From positions 112,966,001 through 113,030,000 of the forward strand of contig NC_058368.1 in the NCBI RefSeq assembly GCF_018350175.1: 64,000 nt of DNA, read 5' to 3'. The notes beneath the pieces were generated by a model that made no database searches, was not told where the DNA came from, and was given only the letters and a program-made list of their open reading frames with translations. Positions within the stretch are counted from its first letter, which is position 1, and every line of letters starts with the position of its first letter. Origin of the DNA: Felis catus (lineage: Eukaryota). A program made the position numbers and the translations under genes. Positions 1 through 11,749 of this stretch are shown here, in pieces.

Positions 1-384
1 ACGTGGGATGAGGGAGCATCGCCGAATTGTTGCCAGGACACGAATCTGCCCGCTGAATAAGGATTGGGGAAAAGGAAAAACAGTGTTGTTGAATAGCACT
101 CAGCTCTTTTGCTGAGCTTTATCCCAAGGTACTTTTTGTCCTTTCCTGCATCTTGAAGAAAGCGCCTAGGATCTAAGGAAAGAGGATACTCTGAATACGC
201 ATTTTCGGGGGGTGGGGTCTTCTAAAACAGAACTTGATAGGTCAGGTCCCTTGAAGGTCAGTGCTTCTTTCTCTCAGGTCTGAGTGTCTTTAAGGTACAG
301 AAGCCCTCCATCCACACCAGTAGACTTTGTGGCCCATGCCTTCTTTTCAAATGTCCTAAAGGATTTGCCTAATATGTGACCTAA

Positions 385-600
385 GAGTCAACATAACAGT
401 TACTGAGGACTTGCTGTGTGCCACACCCCGTGCTGAGCGATTTTATAGAAGCTGTGTCAGACCGGTTTTCTTTCTATGCCCATTGTACAGATGAGGGAAA
501 CTGAGGGTTAGCAAAGAGAGGTAGTTTGTTGAAGTAAGGGGCAGAGCTGAGGTCAGACGCAGGTCTGATTTCATCAGCCCTGACCTTAATCATTATACTC
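385..600 (-). mobile_element. MIR SINE fragment
   Basis: MIR core-like motif cccattgtacagatgagggaaactgagg. Confidence 0.7.
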
Positions 601-760
601 CCGTTCAAGCAGTACTTACGGAGTGCCTGCTGTGCACCAGATCCTCTAGACATTGGGGATCTGGAGGAGAGGAAAACAGACTTCCCGCCTGTAGAGACTG
701 CTCTGGGGGTGCTGGGGGAGCAATTAACAAATAAGCATCAAGTGTAGTATCAGGGGGTGA
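600..760 (+). mobile_element. L2 LINE 3' fragment (orientation tentative)
   Basis: tacttacggagtgcctgctgtgcaccag...ggggat...aaaacagac resembles the L2 end. Confidence 0.5.
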
Positions 761-1481
761 GAGTTGTGTGGGCCATGAGATCTGTATCGATAGCTACGTG
801 TGGATATATGTTTATGACCGACGTGCCTAAGAAAAAGACTAGAAAGACCTATACCCATAAGGGTCATTATCTTCGGTTGTCAGATTTTTATTTTCTTCTT
901 TACACTTTTTTTTTTTTTTTTTGAAATTGTTCAAATATTCTGCAGCGGCCGAATATTTCTGATATAATCAGATGAAACCCATAAATATTATTAAAAACAG
1001 AATTTAATCTTAAAAAATCCTGACAAACAGCATATGGTTTAGGCTCCGGCCTCCTGCCTCTTTCGTCTCGGTTCTTTATATTAGAAAAGGAGCATAGTTT
1101 GGCTTTTTTTTCATCCATGCCCGTGTCTGAAACATTCATTGCTCCCCCAGGAATCGTGCCGGCTCCCTCTGCCCCAGGCTTTTCTGAGTGTGTGCCTATC
1201 AGGGTTCCTCCACCTTGGCTCCACATTTGAATCTGTTGGGAGTGTTTCAAATCCGATGCCAGGGCCTCAGCCCGCAGGCCCTGCTAAGGCAGAAGCTCTG
1301 GGGTGGGGTCTGGGCCTCCCTCCATTTTGAAGTTCCCTGGGTAACTCTACTGTGCAACCAGGGTCCGGAGTCTTTGGACAGTGGGCCCCCTCTGCCTCTC
1401 AAACTCATTTCCTGGGGAGTAGCCAGGGTAGAACGTGCCAAAGCACGTCCTCAGCCCTCTCCTTCCTCTCTGTCTCATTAG

Positions 1482-1638
1482 CTCTAGGATGGCGGAGGAG
1501 GAGGAAGAGGAAGCGGGGGAGGAGGAGGAGGAGGAGGAGGAACAACAACCAGTAGAGCAGGTGGCCAGAACTAGGCAGAAGCGGGGCCAGTCCTGCGTCC
1601 TCCAGCCCGTGGCTGCAGCCCTCACAGCTCCCTCCTGA
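1482..1638 (+). other. Candidate exon with (GGA)n repeat and a 49-aa Glu-rich ORF (ATG 1489 to TGA 1638); gene not identified
   Basis: Pyrimidine tract ccctctccttcctctctgtctcattag|ctctag| gives two possible acceptors (1481, 1487). ATG is in strong Kozak context (AGGATGG). ORF is MAEEEEEEAGEEEEEEEEQQPVEQ...; the true frame is ambiguous. Confidence 0.3.
1493..1540 (+). repeat. (GGA)n trinucleotide repeat, interrupted
   Basis: ggaggaggaggaagaggaagcgggggaggaggaggaggaggaggagg. Confidence 0.9.
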
Positions 1639-2224
1639 CCTACTTACTCAGGGCCCGCCACTGTGTGAGGGACTCAGGACTGGAGGACAGCAGAAATCAC
1701 TGACCAAAGCCAAACACTGTGCAGATGGGGAGCAGAGGACACACTCCAGTCACACTAGAATTCTCACCGTTCCGGAACGCCACGCTCCCTGCCACAGCTC
1801 CGAGCCTTAGGCCTGTGCTGTCCTCTCACACTGAAAGGTCCCTTGATGTCAACTCTCTCCTCCCCCCCCACCCTCCGGGCGCTGTGTTCTGCCTTTCCTT
1901 GAAGGCTAAGCTTTGGGAGTTCCCCCCTGACCCTGTGCTCCCCAGGCAGGACCACTTTCCGTTCTCCCCCTTTTATCTATGGCTCCCACCTGTAGGAATT
2001 TGTTCCCCGGATTAAGACAGCACTTCATCATACCTTGTGTTGTCTGGGGAGGTGTCTGCCTCCCTGACCAAGTGGGGAGCCCTCAAGGGCAGAGTTTTGC
2101 TCATTCATCACTGTATCGCCCCCCTCCCCGCCCACTCTGTGCCTCACACAACTGACTGTCAAATAGAAGGGCCTAGGCCTTGAAGTTGGACAGAGCTCAC
2201 ACAGCCTTTGGCTGCTCACCTATA

Positions 2225-2330
2225 CAGGTTAGAAATGCAGAATCCTAGGTCCCAGCCCAGACCAGAATCTGCATGTAGCAAGATTCTTTAGGTGATTCCA
2301 ACGTACATTGAAGTGTGAGAAGAATTGGTC
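2225..2330. mobile_element. MER5-like hAT-Charlie MITE
   Basis: ttagaaatgcagaatcctaggtcccagccc...gaatctgcat...ggtgattc...tgagaa. Confidence 0.65.
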
Positions 2331-2334
2331 ATCT

Positions 2335-2470
2335 CCTTTAGTCCTCAACTTCCTCAGCTGTGACATGGGAATAGGAACTGCTGATTCACAGGGTTGTTGG
2401 GAGGCTTGAGTAAGGAGACCTACAGCATCTCCTGCAGGATGGAGCATATTAAGACACTGTTACTGCTTCT
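2335..2470 (+). mobile_element. MIR fragment
   Basis: cctcaacttcctcagctgtgacatggg...cacagggttgttgggagg. Confidence 0.6.
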
Positions 2471-3839
2471 GCTCTGGGAGAGGACAGGCATCTGCACTGG
2501 TCCACATTAAGGGCTCTGGGCTCTACCCTAGGGAGCCCTGGGCAGGGAGGCCAAGCAGACTTAGCAGCTCTCCAGTGAGGAGAAGGAAAACAGGGGAGAC
2601 AGAGTGTCAGCGTGGGCTAGGTTTGTGGTCTCTGCTCTACTCCTTAAGGGGCCTTGATCCCCACAAAGAGCAAGTGTGTGCTGACCTGTAGTGCTCAGCT
2701 ATTCCGAGCCAGCCCCCAGGGAAACCCGCCCAGATCTCTCTCACTTTGTCAAGTCCATTATCCAAAGGGGGTGAAATCTTCTCTAGGATCTCAGAGAGCC
2801 GCCAGCAACTCAGACAGGAGCAGGCTGTGGAACGGGAAAGTACGGTTGTTTGGATCGGACATTTTTTAAAATTAATTAGTCATTAGTGCTCATTAATAAT
2901 TCCATCCAACACAAGGAATGTGCCACATTTCACATTTATGAGAAGTTCTTTTGCATCTACGTTCCGCTTCATATTGATTTATTTAATATTGAGAATCATG
3001 ATGAGACCCATACAGAGATCAATTTGGGAGGAAATTACTCGTGTTTCAGAAAGATATCTGGGGAAATGCTTTCCCTTGTGGTGTAGTCTCCTCTTGGAAT
3101 TCCCTTACTCAGTTGCTCCTGGAGAGAGAGCCCCCATATCTGCCTGGCCCACAGGCAGCCTTTTTCTGGGACAAGGCCATGAATGAGACATCTCTCTGCT
3201 TATCTGTACTCTGCTCTCATCAGACACTGCAAGCCCATCAGGTAGATAACAAAGGGGAATGATTGATTCAGTGACACCAGCTTCAATTTTTAACCTTTAG
3301 ACCTCGCTCCCAGACAGATTAGATCAAGGTTACTCTCAACCTGTTCTCTGGGACGTGGTGGAAAAGCCTTACACAGAAAGCTAACAGAAGCACCTAGAGA
3401 GATACAGATACATCCTGGCAAGGGGCATGTGTGTCCTCCAGGGACATGGCCTGCGGTTGGCTCTGACCAGGATTGAGAATTTAGGACTCTGGGCAACCAG
3501 AGACTTTTTTTTGGTAGGGCTAGGAACCAGTTGCCAAGGTGGGTCCAACCTGGTTTCTGATTACAACATCATAGACTTAGGAAACACTTAATACAGGTTG
3601 AAGTTGCCAGTAAGGTGGCAGACCAGAGAGCAGGAAGCCAGGGTGCGGGCCCAGGGGCATCCAACTATGAGGATTTGCCTTTCAGGACCTAATAATCTAA
3701 TAGTAGAGATTAGACTCCCAGCTACAAAGAGTTCAGATAAATGGGGCTGTTGCCAGAGTCAGTGAGTCAGCAACTGCTCCAGCCTGAAGTCTCTGATCAG
3801 AATGTAGAGGCAGTAGAGACTGATGGAATCAGAAGGTGA

Positions 3840-4455
3840 CGCTTTTTCCACAGCGTCACAGACAGGTAATTGACATACGATAAACTGCACATACCTAAAA
3901 TGTACCACTGAAATGTCTTATCATCTGTGTATCCCTGTGAAATCAACACCACAAACAAGATAATGAACACATCCATCCCCCCCAGAAGTTTCCTTATGCC
4001 GTCTGTAACTTCTCCCTTCCACCCCTCCCGGCTACACCAATCCCCAGGCAACCACTGGTCAACTTTCTGTTGCTATATAACGGTTTGCTTTTCCTAGAAT
4101 TTTACATACATGGAATTAAACAGTATAAAATCTTGTCAGACTCTTTTCATTCAGTGTAATTATTTTGAGATTCCTTCATGTTGCATGAATCAGCAGCTCA
4201 TTCCCTTTTATGGATGAGTCGTATTCCATCATGTACCACAGTCGGTTTGGTTATTCACCTGTGGATGGACATTTGAATTGTTTTGTGGTTTTGGCAAGTA
4301 AAGACAAAGCCGTCATAAACATTCATATGCCTGTCTTTGTATGCACGGATCTTTCACTTATCTTGGTAAATACAAAGGATCAAGGAGTACATTATACACT
4401 ATATCTATATTAAGCTTTGTAAGAAACTGGCAGACTATTTTGCAAAATGGTTTTA
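3840..4455 (-). mobile_element. Old L1M (L1MB/ME-like) 3' region
   Basis: Antisense L1 3' end motifs: taattgacatac...ccccaggcaaccactg...ttattcacctgtggatggacatttg. Confidence 0.8.
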
Positions 4456-4459
4456 TGTG

Positions 4460-4560
4460 TGCAAAATTGGAGACATTCTTACAGTAAAAAAAACAAAAAT
4501 CTTTTATTTATCTGAAGTTTGAATTTAACTTGGTGCCCTGTGTTTTCTCTGATAACTTTA
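4460..4560. mobile_element. MER53-like hAT MITE fragment
   Basis: ttatctgaagtttgaatttaacttggtgccctgtg matches recalled MER53 consensus. Confidence 0.5.
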
Positions 4561-4603
4561 TCCCCGGAAAGAAGCCCAAGATCAGACTATTCTCTCCTAG
4601 ATT

Positions 4604-4845
4604 CAGGGTTGACACACTTTTTCTGCAAAGGCCCACAGAGTAGTTTTTCTAGGCTTTATGAATAATATAGTTGTAATTTATTCAACTGTGCCATTATATT
4701 GTGATGATAGCTATAGAGAATATGTAAATGAATGAGCATGGCTGTGTTCTAATAAAATGTTATTTACAAAAAAAAAAAAAAAAAAAAAAAAAAACCAGGA
4801 GGCAAGCTGGAGATGGCCCACAGGTCATACAGTGGCTGACTTCTG
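4604..4845. mobile_element. MER58A-like hAT-Charlie MITE with expanded internal poly(A)
   Basis: cagggttgacacacttttttctgcaaaggcc...gtaaatgaatgagcatggctgtgttctaataaaatgttatttacaaaa. Confidence 0.75.
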
Positions 4846-4853
4846 TCTTAGAT

Positions 4854-5034
4854 CACTGATTCCCAAAGTGTGATTCCAGGATCAGCAGTGTGAGTACCAC
4901 CTGGGAGGTCAGTAGAAAAGCAAATTCTGAGGCTCTACCCCAGAACTATTGAACCAGAAGCTCTAGGAATGACGCTCAGCCATTTCAGCACCAGGGAATT
5001 CTGATGGACACTATAGTTAAAGAACCACTGCTCT
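4854..5034. mobile_element. MER5A-like MITE
   Basis: cactgattcccaaagtgtg...cagcag...cacctggga...caaattct...aaccactg. Confidence 0.7.
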
Positions 5035-5270
5035 GGGGCGCGTGGATGGCTCAGTCAGTTAGCTGTCCAACTCTTGATTTTGGCTCAGGTCATGATTCTA
5101 GGATCATGGTTCCTGGGATCGAGTTCCGCATCGGGCTCCACACTGACAGTGTAGAGCCTGCTTGGGATTCTCTTTCCCTCTCTTTCTCTGCCTCTCCCCC
5201 ACACATATGTTCACTTCCCCCCCCCCAACACACACACAAAATAAATAAATAAATGTTAAAAAAAAAAAAA
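5035..5270 (+). mobile_element. Can-SINE (older subfamily)
   Basis: ggggcgcgtggatggctcag head, (CT) tract, A-tail. Confidence 0.9.
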
Positions 5271-5275
5271 GCCAC

Positions 5276-5494
5276 GGGGCGCCTGGGTGGCGCAGTAGGT
5301 TAAGCATCCGACTTCAGCCAGGTCACGATCTCGCGGTCCGGGAGTTCGAGTCCCGCGTCGGGCTCTGGGCTGATGGCTCGGAGCCTGGAGCCTGTTTCCG
5401 ATTCTGTGTCTCTCTCTCTCTCTGCCCCTCCCCCATTCATGCTCTGTCTCTCTCTGTCCCACAAATAAATAAAAAAACGTTGAAAAAAAAAAAA
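5276..5494 (+). mobile_element. SINEC_Fc (young)
   Basis: Near-consensus sequence; TSD aaaaaaaagccac on both sides. Confidence 0.95.
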
Positions 5495-5910
5495 GCCACT
5501 GTTCAAGATTCTGGTTCCCAAGCATGGATGGACAGCAGTATCACCTGGGTACTGGCTCAAATACAGACACGGAGCCCAGCAGACCCTCTGATCAGAAATT
5601 CAGTGTGGAAGTTGACAGTGAGCACGGGAGAGCTGAATGTGTATGTTTTAGAAGGTTTTAAGGGTTTAGAACATTTATAATGAGTGATCACTGGATGTTA
5701 GATTCAGTGCCTGCTCATGTTGTAAGATTTCAAAGAATGAATGTAAGCAGCTCTAATCTCCCCAAATTAATAGATCTTTCACATCCTGAGTTACCTCATA
5801 ATAAATACATGCATAAGGGTGGAGGCAGGTTCAGACTAGGAGGATAAAAACAATAATGTCCTTGATTCAAAGATCCTTTTTCTTTGCCCAGAAACTAAAA
5901 ACGCATTTAA

Positions 5911-6132
5911 GGGGTGCCTGGGTGGCTCAGTCGGTTGAGCGTCCGACTTCGGCTCAGGTCACGATCTTGCGGTCCGTGGGTTCGAGCCCCGCGTCCGGCT
6001 CTGGGCTGACGGCTCAGAGCCTGGAGCCTGCTTCCGATTCTGTGTCTCCCTCTCTCTCTGCCCCTCCCCTGTTCATGCTCTGTCTCTCTCTGTCTCAAAA
6101 ATAAATAAACCTTAAAAAAAATAAAAAAAAAA
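5911..6132 (+). mobile_element. SINEC_Fc
   Basis: Full head and tail; imperfect TSD aacgcatttaa/aacacatttaa. Confidence 0.95.
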
Positions 6133-6937
6133 ACAACACATTTAAATGAATCCCATTAACTGCATTCCCATGACATGTCCACATAGGCAGAGTTGGTTAG
6201 ACTAATGCTCACTCCTCCTCCTTTCCCACTGGGTAGGAAAACTAACATAATTTATACAGGCTACTAAATTATGTGTCTTTACTACCTAGGATATCATTCA
6301 ACCCAAAGAGAAATAATTAAATCAGCCAGTCATGTTTCCTTTTGGCTAATTCCCCCTCCCTAACCTCCAGAATACCTGGCAAACCACACCCTGGGAAATG
6401 ACAAATATGTCAAAGTGTTATATGTATAGGAAAGGAAAACATGGAAGAAAATTCATTTAATGCCTCTTCTCTCACGCAACAGCCCCAATTAATGTCTTAG
6501 AGGCTGCTATCTCTGACTTACAGTTATTGACTTGTTTTATTTTCCTAAGAACAAGTGATCAAAATGCTTTGAGCAAAGGCTTTTGGTCTTTCTCTACCTC
6601 AGAAGGAGTATTATTAATTATTCGGCAACATGAAAAGTCCTCTTACAGTAGGGGAGGGCTAATCGGCATTTCGGGAAGAAGTTCTTGGGTCTGCAGCAAA
6701 AGAAGAAAAAAGAAAAGAAAACTCATTGGCCCTGGGGAAAAGAGCAGCTTCACTTGTCTGCTTCTTAAATTTTACTTTGAACACTCCATACGTTTAAACA
6801 GGCAATTTAAAAAAACAGTCATTCGGGTCCTGGTTAATTAAGTAGCTCTGAACAGGAGCTTTCAGGCTGGGAAGAATAAGGCCAAGAGAATGGAAATAAG
6901 TTTGTCAATATCTTATCAAAAGTCACAAAGTGACTCA

Positions 6938-7144
6938 GTGATACCTGGGTGGCTCAGTTGGTTAAGCACCTGACTCTCGATCTTGGTTCAGGTCATGATC
7001 TCATGGTTCATGAGATTGAGCCCCACGTAGGGCTCTGTGCTGACGGTGTGGAGCCTGCTTGGGATTCTCTCTCCCTCTCTCTGCCCCTCCTCTTCCCCCA
7101 TGCACCCTCTCTCTTTCTCAAAATAAATAAACATTTTTAAAAAA
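6938..7144 (+). mobile_element. Can-SINE
   Basis: cctgggtggctcagttggttaag... CT tract, A-tail. Confidence 0.9.
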
Positions 7145-7357
7145 GAGTCATAAAATGCTTCATGACTTTGAGATCAAAAAGAGAGGAGGGATGCAGAATT
7201 CTTCTGAACAGCTGCAAATCTCTTGTCCAATTGTCCTTTTTGAAACATCTCATAAGGATTATTTTTCTTTGAATAATGAAAGGATGAGTATGAAGGATGA
7301 GATGTTTGAAAAATGTATTTGTACATATATATGCATGCAGATACAGATACAAATACA

Positions 7358-7394
7358 TATCTATATTTATCTATCTATCTATCTATCTATCTAT
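7358..7394. repeat. (TCTA)n tetranucleotide microsatellite
   Basis: tatctatctatctatctatctatctat. Confidence 0.85.
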
Positions 7395-7631
7395 GGAGAG
7401 AGATAAATGCTGTTATCTAAATATACATATATGAGACAGAGAGAGAGAGAACCAAATTTAGCCATCCATGGAGAAAAGGTGCTCACTTGTGCAATGAAGG
7501 TAGTATTTGTGAATCTCTCCAGTGGAATATTTCTGAGACATCTTTCCTATAGTGGAGATACTCCCTCTCTTTAATATTTGCCAGTTGATTGGCCAGGTTT
7601 AATGCAGCTGTCTATGGACGGCAGATCTTCT

Positions 7632-7858
7632 TTTTTTTTTTTTTTTTTTAAATTTTTAACGTTTATTTACTTTTGAGATAGAGAGACAGAGTGAGAGCAG
7701 AGGAAGGGCAGAGAGAGAGGAAGACACAGAATCCGAAGCAGGCTCCAGGCTCTGAGCTGTCCGCACAGAGCTCGACGTGGGGCTTGAACTCAAGAACCGT
7801 GAGATCATGACCCGAGCCAAAGTCGGACGCTTAACCGACCGAGCCACCCAGGCGCCCC
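7632..7858 (-). mobile_element. SINEC_Fc
   Basis: Perfect TSD tggacggcagatcttct at 7615 and 7859. Confidence 0.95.
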
Positions 7859-8039
7859 TGGACGGCAGATCTTCTTAAGAATAAACCTGGAATCTGGCAA
7901 AATCAGATAAATACTAAATATTTAAAATATTTAAAAATATTTTAAATAAATACAATATTTATTACATAGGTTGTGATAAATATTTGTGAATAAATAATCA
8001 AAATGTTGACACCATCTTCTTTCTTAGAGTCTACCATAG

Positions 8040-8230
8040 GTCATATATACTTGGTTCTAAGTACTTTATGTACTTTAACCCATTTCCTCACAAAAACCCT
8101 TTGAGGGAGATACGATTTTCTTCAGTTAACAGAAAAACAAATTTAAGAGTAGAAAAATAGGTAATTTGCCTTAAGGTGACATAGCTGATCAGTAAAGTAG
8201 GAGAGATTTGAACTTAGTTTATGTACATCT
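8040..8230 (-). mobile_element. MIR fragment
   Basis: ctttatgtactttaacccatttcctcac...taatttgccttaaggtgacatagct. Confidence 0.55.
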
Positions 8231-8504
8231 GGGCAGATAACTTCTGAGTATCTGTTACTAAAAATAAATAATAAAAGTAATAATTTTTAAATGCATGTTG
8301 TATTTGTCCCAGTTAATTTTCTTTGTGACTCAACAGAGTATCATCATTGTAAACAACTCCTAAAATGTTAACTTTGCATACAGTGAAAGTCAACAAAATC
8401 GACAGTAAGACTATGTACTCAAGTGCCAGTATTTATTGTTATTTTATTTTTTTTTCTTTTGCTGGGGAAATGCAGAATTTCTTCTACTCAGTTGTCTTGG
8501 AGTC

Positions 8505-8735
8505 TAGAGACTGAATAGTGGTCAAGACCACAGACTCTCAAGATGAGACAAATCCAGACTCAGCCACTTGCAAGCTACATAATTGGGGATTATTATTTAG
8601 ATTGGAGATGGTCTCAATCTCCCCATTTGTAAAGTGGGAATAGTAATGGTGTCTGTTTTATGGGGTTGTTGGAAGGATAATAACATAGAAAACCCTTCGG
8701 CCTATTTCTGGCACATGACAGGCATTTAGCAAATT
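8505..8735 (+). mobile_element. MIR fragment
   Basis: tagtggtcaagaccacagactct...ctccccatttgtaaagtggg...ctggcacatg. Confidence 0.65.
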
Positions 8736-9669
8736 TTATTTTCCCTTTCTACTGTCCTTTGGATCTTGTTTGCCACTATTTCTTTGCTCCTGTTTAATAA
8801 ACATGGCAGGCAAATGCATTTTGTTTATAGAGAAAGTTGACACACTGTCCCACTATACATTTACCTGAGATTTGTGGCATAGTAAAAAAAAAAAAAAATA
8901 CTGTTATCTAAATCCTTTCTGCTATTTCTTTCTGTGAGCAGAGAATCTCTCTCCAAAGGTTTTCTTTTCTGTTCTTTCAGTCAGCAAGACAAATAGATGA
9001 AGCAAACCACAGAAAAAAAATAATAATAACAACAACAGAACAAAAACACCGGGGAAAGTGGTGCACATCAGTCGAAAATAGAAAGAAGGAATCTTGCCCA
9101 TCTGAGAGCCCCTAAAATCTCTTTGAAGAGTCTTTCAGAAAAGAAAAAACAAAACAAAACACCTGCCTCATTAAGAATGCAGGAGAGCCTCCAGTGTCTC
9201 TCTCAGCCTCTCAGCCAGGTGCAGAGCCGCGTCTGCCCCAAGGGCATCGCGAAGATAACTGAAGGAGTGGCAAGGACCAGTGAGCCAGGCAGGATGGTTT
9301 TCCTGCGTGGGGAAGCTCTGGCAGCCCCTTGGCTCCACTGCCCACGAGTACCTGCCAGATCACGCAAACACAGAGCAGCTCAGCTGCCCTTTGGAGCAGC
9401 TTCAAGACCCAGCTGCACATGTTGAAAGACCTGAGCTGTGTTCAGGGCCCCTCCAGTGGTCTTTTCACCATTACCCAGTGACATCACTGTCCTCCATGGA
9501 GCTGTTGCCCCGCACAGGGGTCCCAGTCCCCCCCCCTCATTTTTTAGTAGGAGGCCAAAAGGAGAATTTGAGCTTGCAGTAATACAGTTCTCTTTGGAGA
9601 GGTAGGAAGAAGTGACCAAAATGAATAGCCCTCTCTGTGAGTCACTAATCTTTATACCTTCCCATATAA

Positions 9670-9880
9670 CAGCTACCACCTATTGGTCATCAGCAGATGG
9701 GACTCCCAGAACTTTTTATACATGATCAGATTGGACCTTGATAGTGACCCTACAAGATAGCCATTATTATCATGTCCGTCCTGCAGATGAATAAACAGAG
9801 GCTGAGGTTAGGTTGCTTTTCTAGGGACGTTCGGTTAGTAATCGGTGGTGCAGCCTGGGTTGACTCCCAGGCCTGTGCTT
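9670..9880 (-). mobile_element. MIR fragment
   Basis: attattatcatgtccgtcctgcagatgaataaacagaggct. Confidence 0.6.
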
Positions 9881-11749
9881 GCTTTCTTGTTTTCGAGGTC
9901 CTAAAGGGGGAAGCAGAGATGTGGATACTTAGTAGTCCTCCGTGCACGGGCTCGTGGTCTCCCCATAAAGTCTTCCTGGTTTGATATTTCAGAGAAGAGT
10001 CTTTATACAGGCTATTGGGTTTGGCCCCTTGAACAGCAGGTAAAATGGTGCTGTGTCACCCCCATTCCTGAATATAATGTGTGTGGTATAGACCCACGTG
10101 AAACATGCCAGAAGCTCTCACACAGGTGCTGTATGGGGCGCACACAGAAGCTTTGATCCTGTTGTGAGAAAGAGAAACACTGATGTGTGCAAGCCCATTG
10201 TACCTCAAAGGTCGAACGTTTGGATGAAGGTGAAAACAGAGTGGTGGGGCCTTTTCCCTGTAAGAGAGGGAACAAAAGCAGATCCAAAGTGAAGAGGGGC
10301 CTCCACCAGTGAGGCGTTACTTTTGAGGAAATCTCTCTCATGTGTGGTCATTGTGGAACACCTTGACATGAAATTTGGTGTCCATGAAACAGAAATGAAA
10401 GCTCAGTCAGGGAAAGGGCGACACCTCCAAGAACAGGTACTGTGGAGACAGGCAAAGTGACAAGTGGAAAAGATTCTGCCGCCACCCTCATGAAAGGCTC
10501 GAGACTGCTCAAGAGGCCATTGGCATCTGTTGAGCAGGTTGGTTGGGTCCCCCAAAATTACACATCTGTCAAGGGCCGTCTCGGACAACAGGGAGCGTGG
10601 ACCAGGAGGGGCACTTAGCAGATATCCCTTAATGTTCAATGAAAAGCTAAAACGAATGTTTTTCTCTGATGTTTGAGAACTATTTTACATTGTTTAAAGA
10701 GCCTCCACGGGTGATTATGAGATCCAGTCATACCTCCAAAGGAATCCCCACCCAGTGTGGTGGTGCAGGGAGAACAGGCTTGAGTTCCCTATCTCTTTTG
10801 TAAAATCTACACCCACCCCCATACCTTCCATGCTCCATAGGTAGATTAGAAGACTCTCAGTATGACAGCACTTTCTTGGAGCTCGGCATCCCCACTGCCT
10901 AGCACAGGGGCTCACTGCATGTAAGTTGTTGAACTGACTTGAACTGATCAAGCCCATTAATCCCTTTCTGGTTATGGGACTAGCTCAGTTTTCCAGACCT
11001 AATAAATCATGAACACCAAGAAGTCCTCCTCAGTACCCTTGGTGTGTCCATTATTGATTTCCCAGGTTTATATTGTGGGAGGGAGTCTGCACCCTGCACC
11101 CTGGCCATACAGCCTTGAGCTCCAGTGGGTGGCAAAGGCTCCTGACAAGTCCCTACCCAGGACATGATGCCTGTTCTGAAGTTTCCTTGAACAAGGTCCC
11201 TCTGCACTTGGATTCCACCATCTGTTAGGTTTCTGTGATGCTCTGCTGATGTCCCATCATAGAGCAAGTCTGGCTGAAGGAGGAGGGGGATTTTCTGGTT
11301 AACATTAAACAAACATATGAGGTTCTACCCTAGCCACGGGACATGTTTCCTCAGTGGCCTCGGTGAATTGCTGGAGCTACAAGATATTTCTCAGTAACAG
11401 TTGTTCAGATGAGCACGTGTCCCTGGAGACTAGAGGTGCTGACATGACAGCAGACCCTAGACCCTTCCATTCTGTCACTGACCATCGTCTCCACGTGTCC
11501 ACCTGTGCGTGGCTTCTTTGAAAGAGGCCAAAAGGGCTCTGGTAAAAAGAGAACGAGAGGGGATCCTTATTAGCTGCGCCACACAGAAGCTTTTCTGATT
11601 ACCCTTGCCCTGAGTTTGAGAACCTAGAATAGAGAAGCCCGGTTTGCCTTGCTTCCTTATTCAGCTTTAGCCGGGACCACTTACCACTCTGGTTTTGTGC
11701 GACCTTGAGACCTCACTTAGCTCAAACGCACCAAAAGAGGGGCGGAGAT

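Noticed and set aside
1352..1555. Protamine-like Arg-rich ORF (RRRRKRKRGRRRRRRR)
   Set aside because: Just one reading of the (GGA)n repeat; no ATG start and no protamine N-terminal or Cys pattern
5276..5350. tRNA-like A/B-box heads
   Set aside because: These are the tRNA-derived 5' ends of SINEs, not tRNA genes
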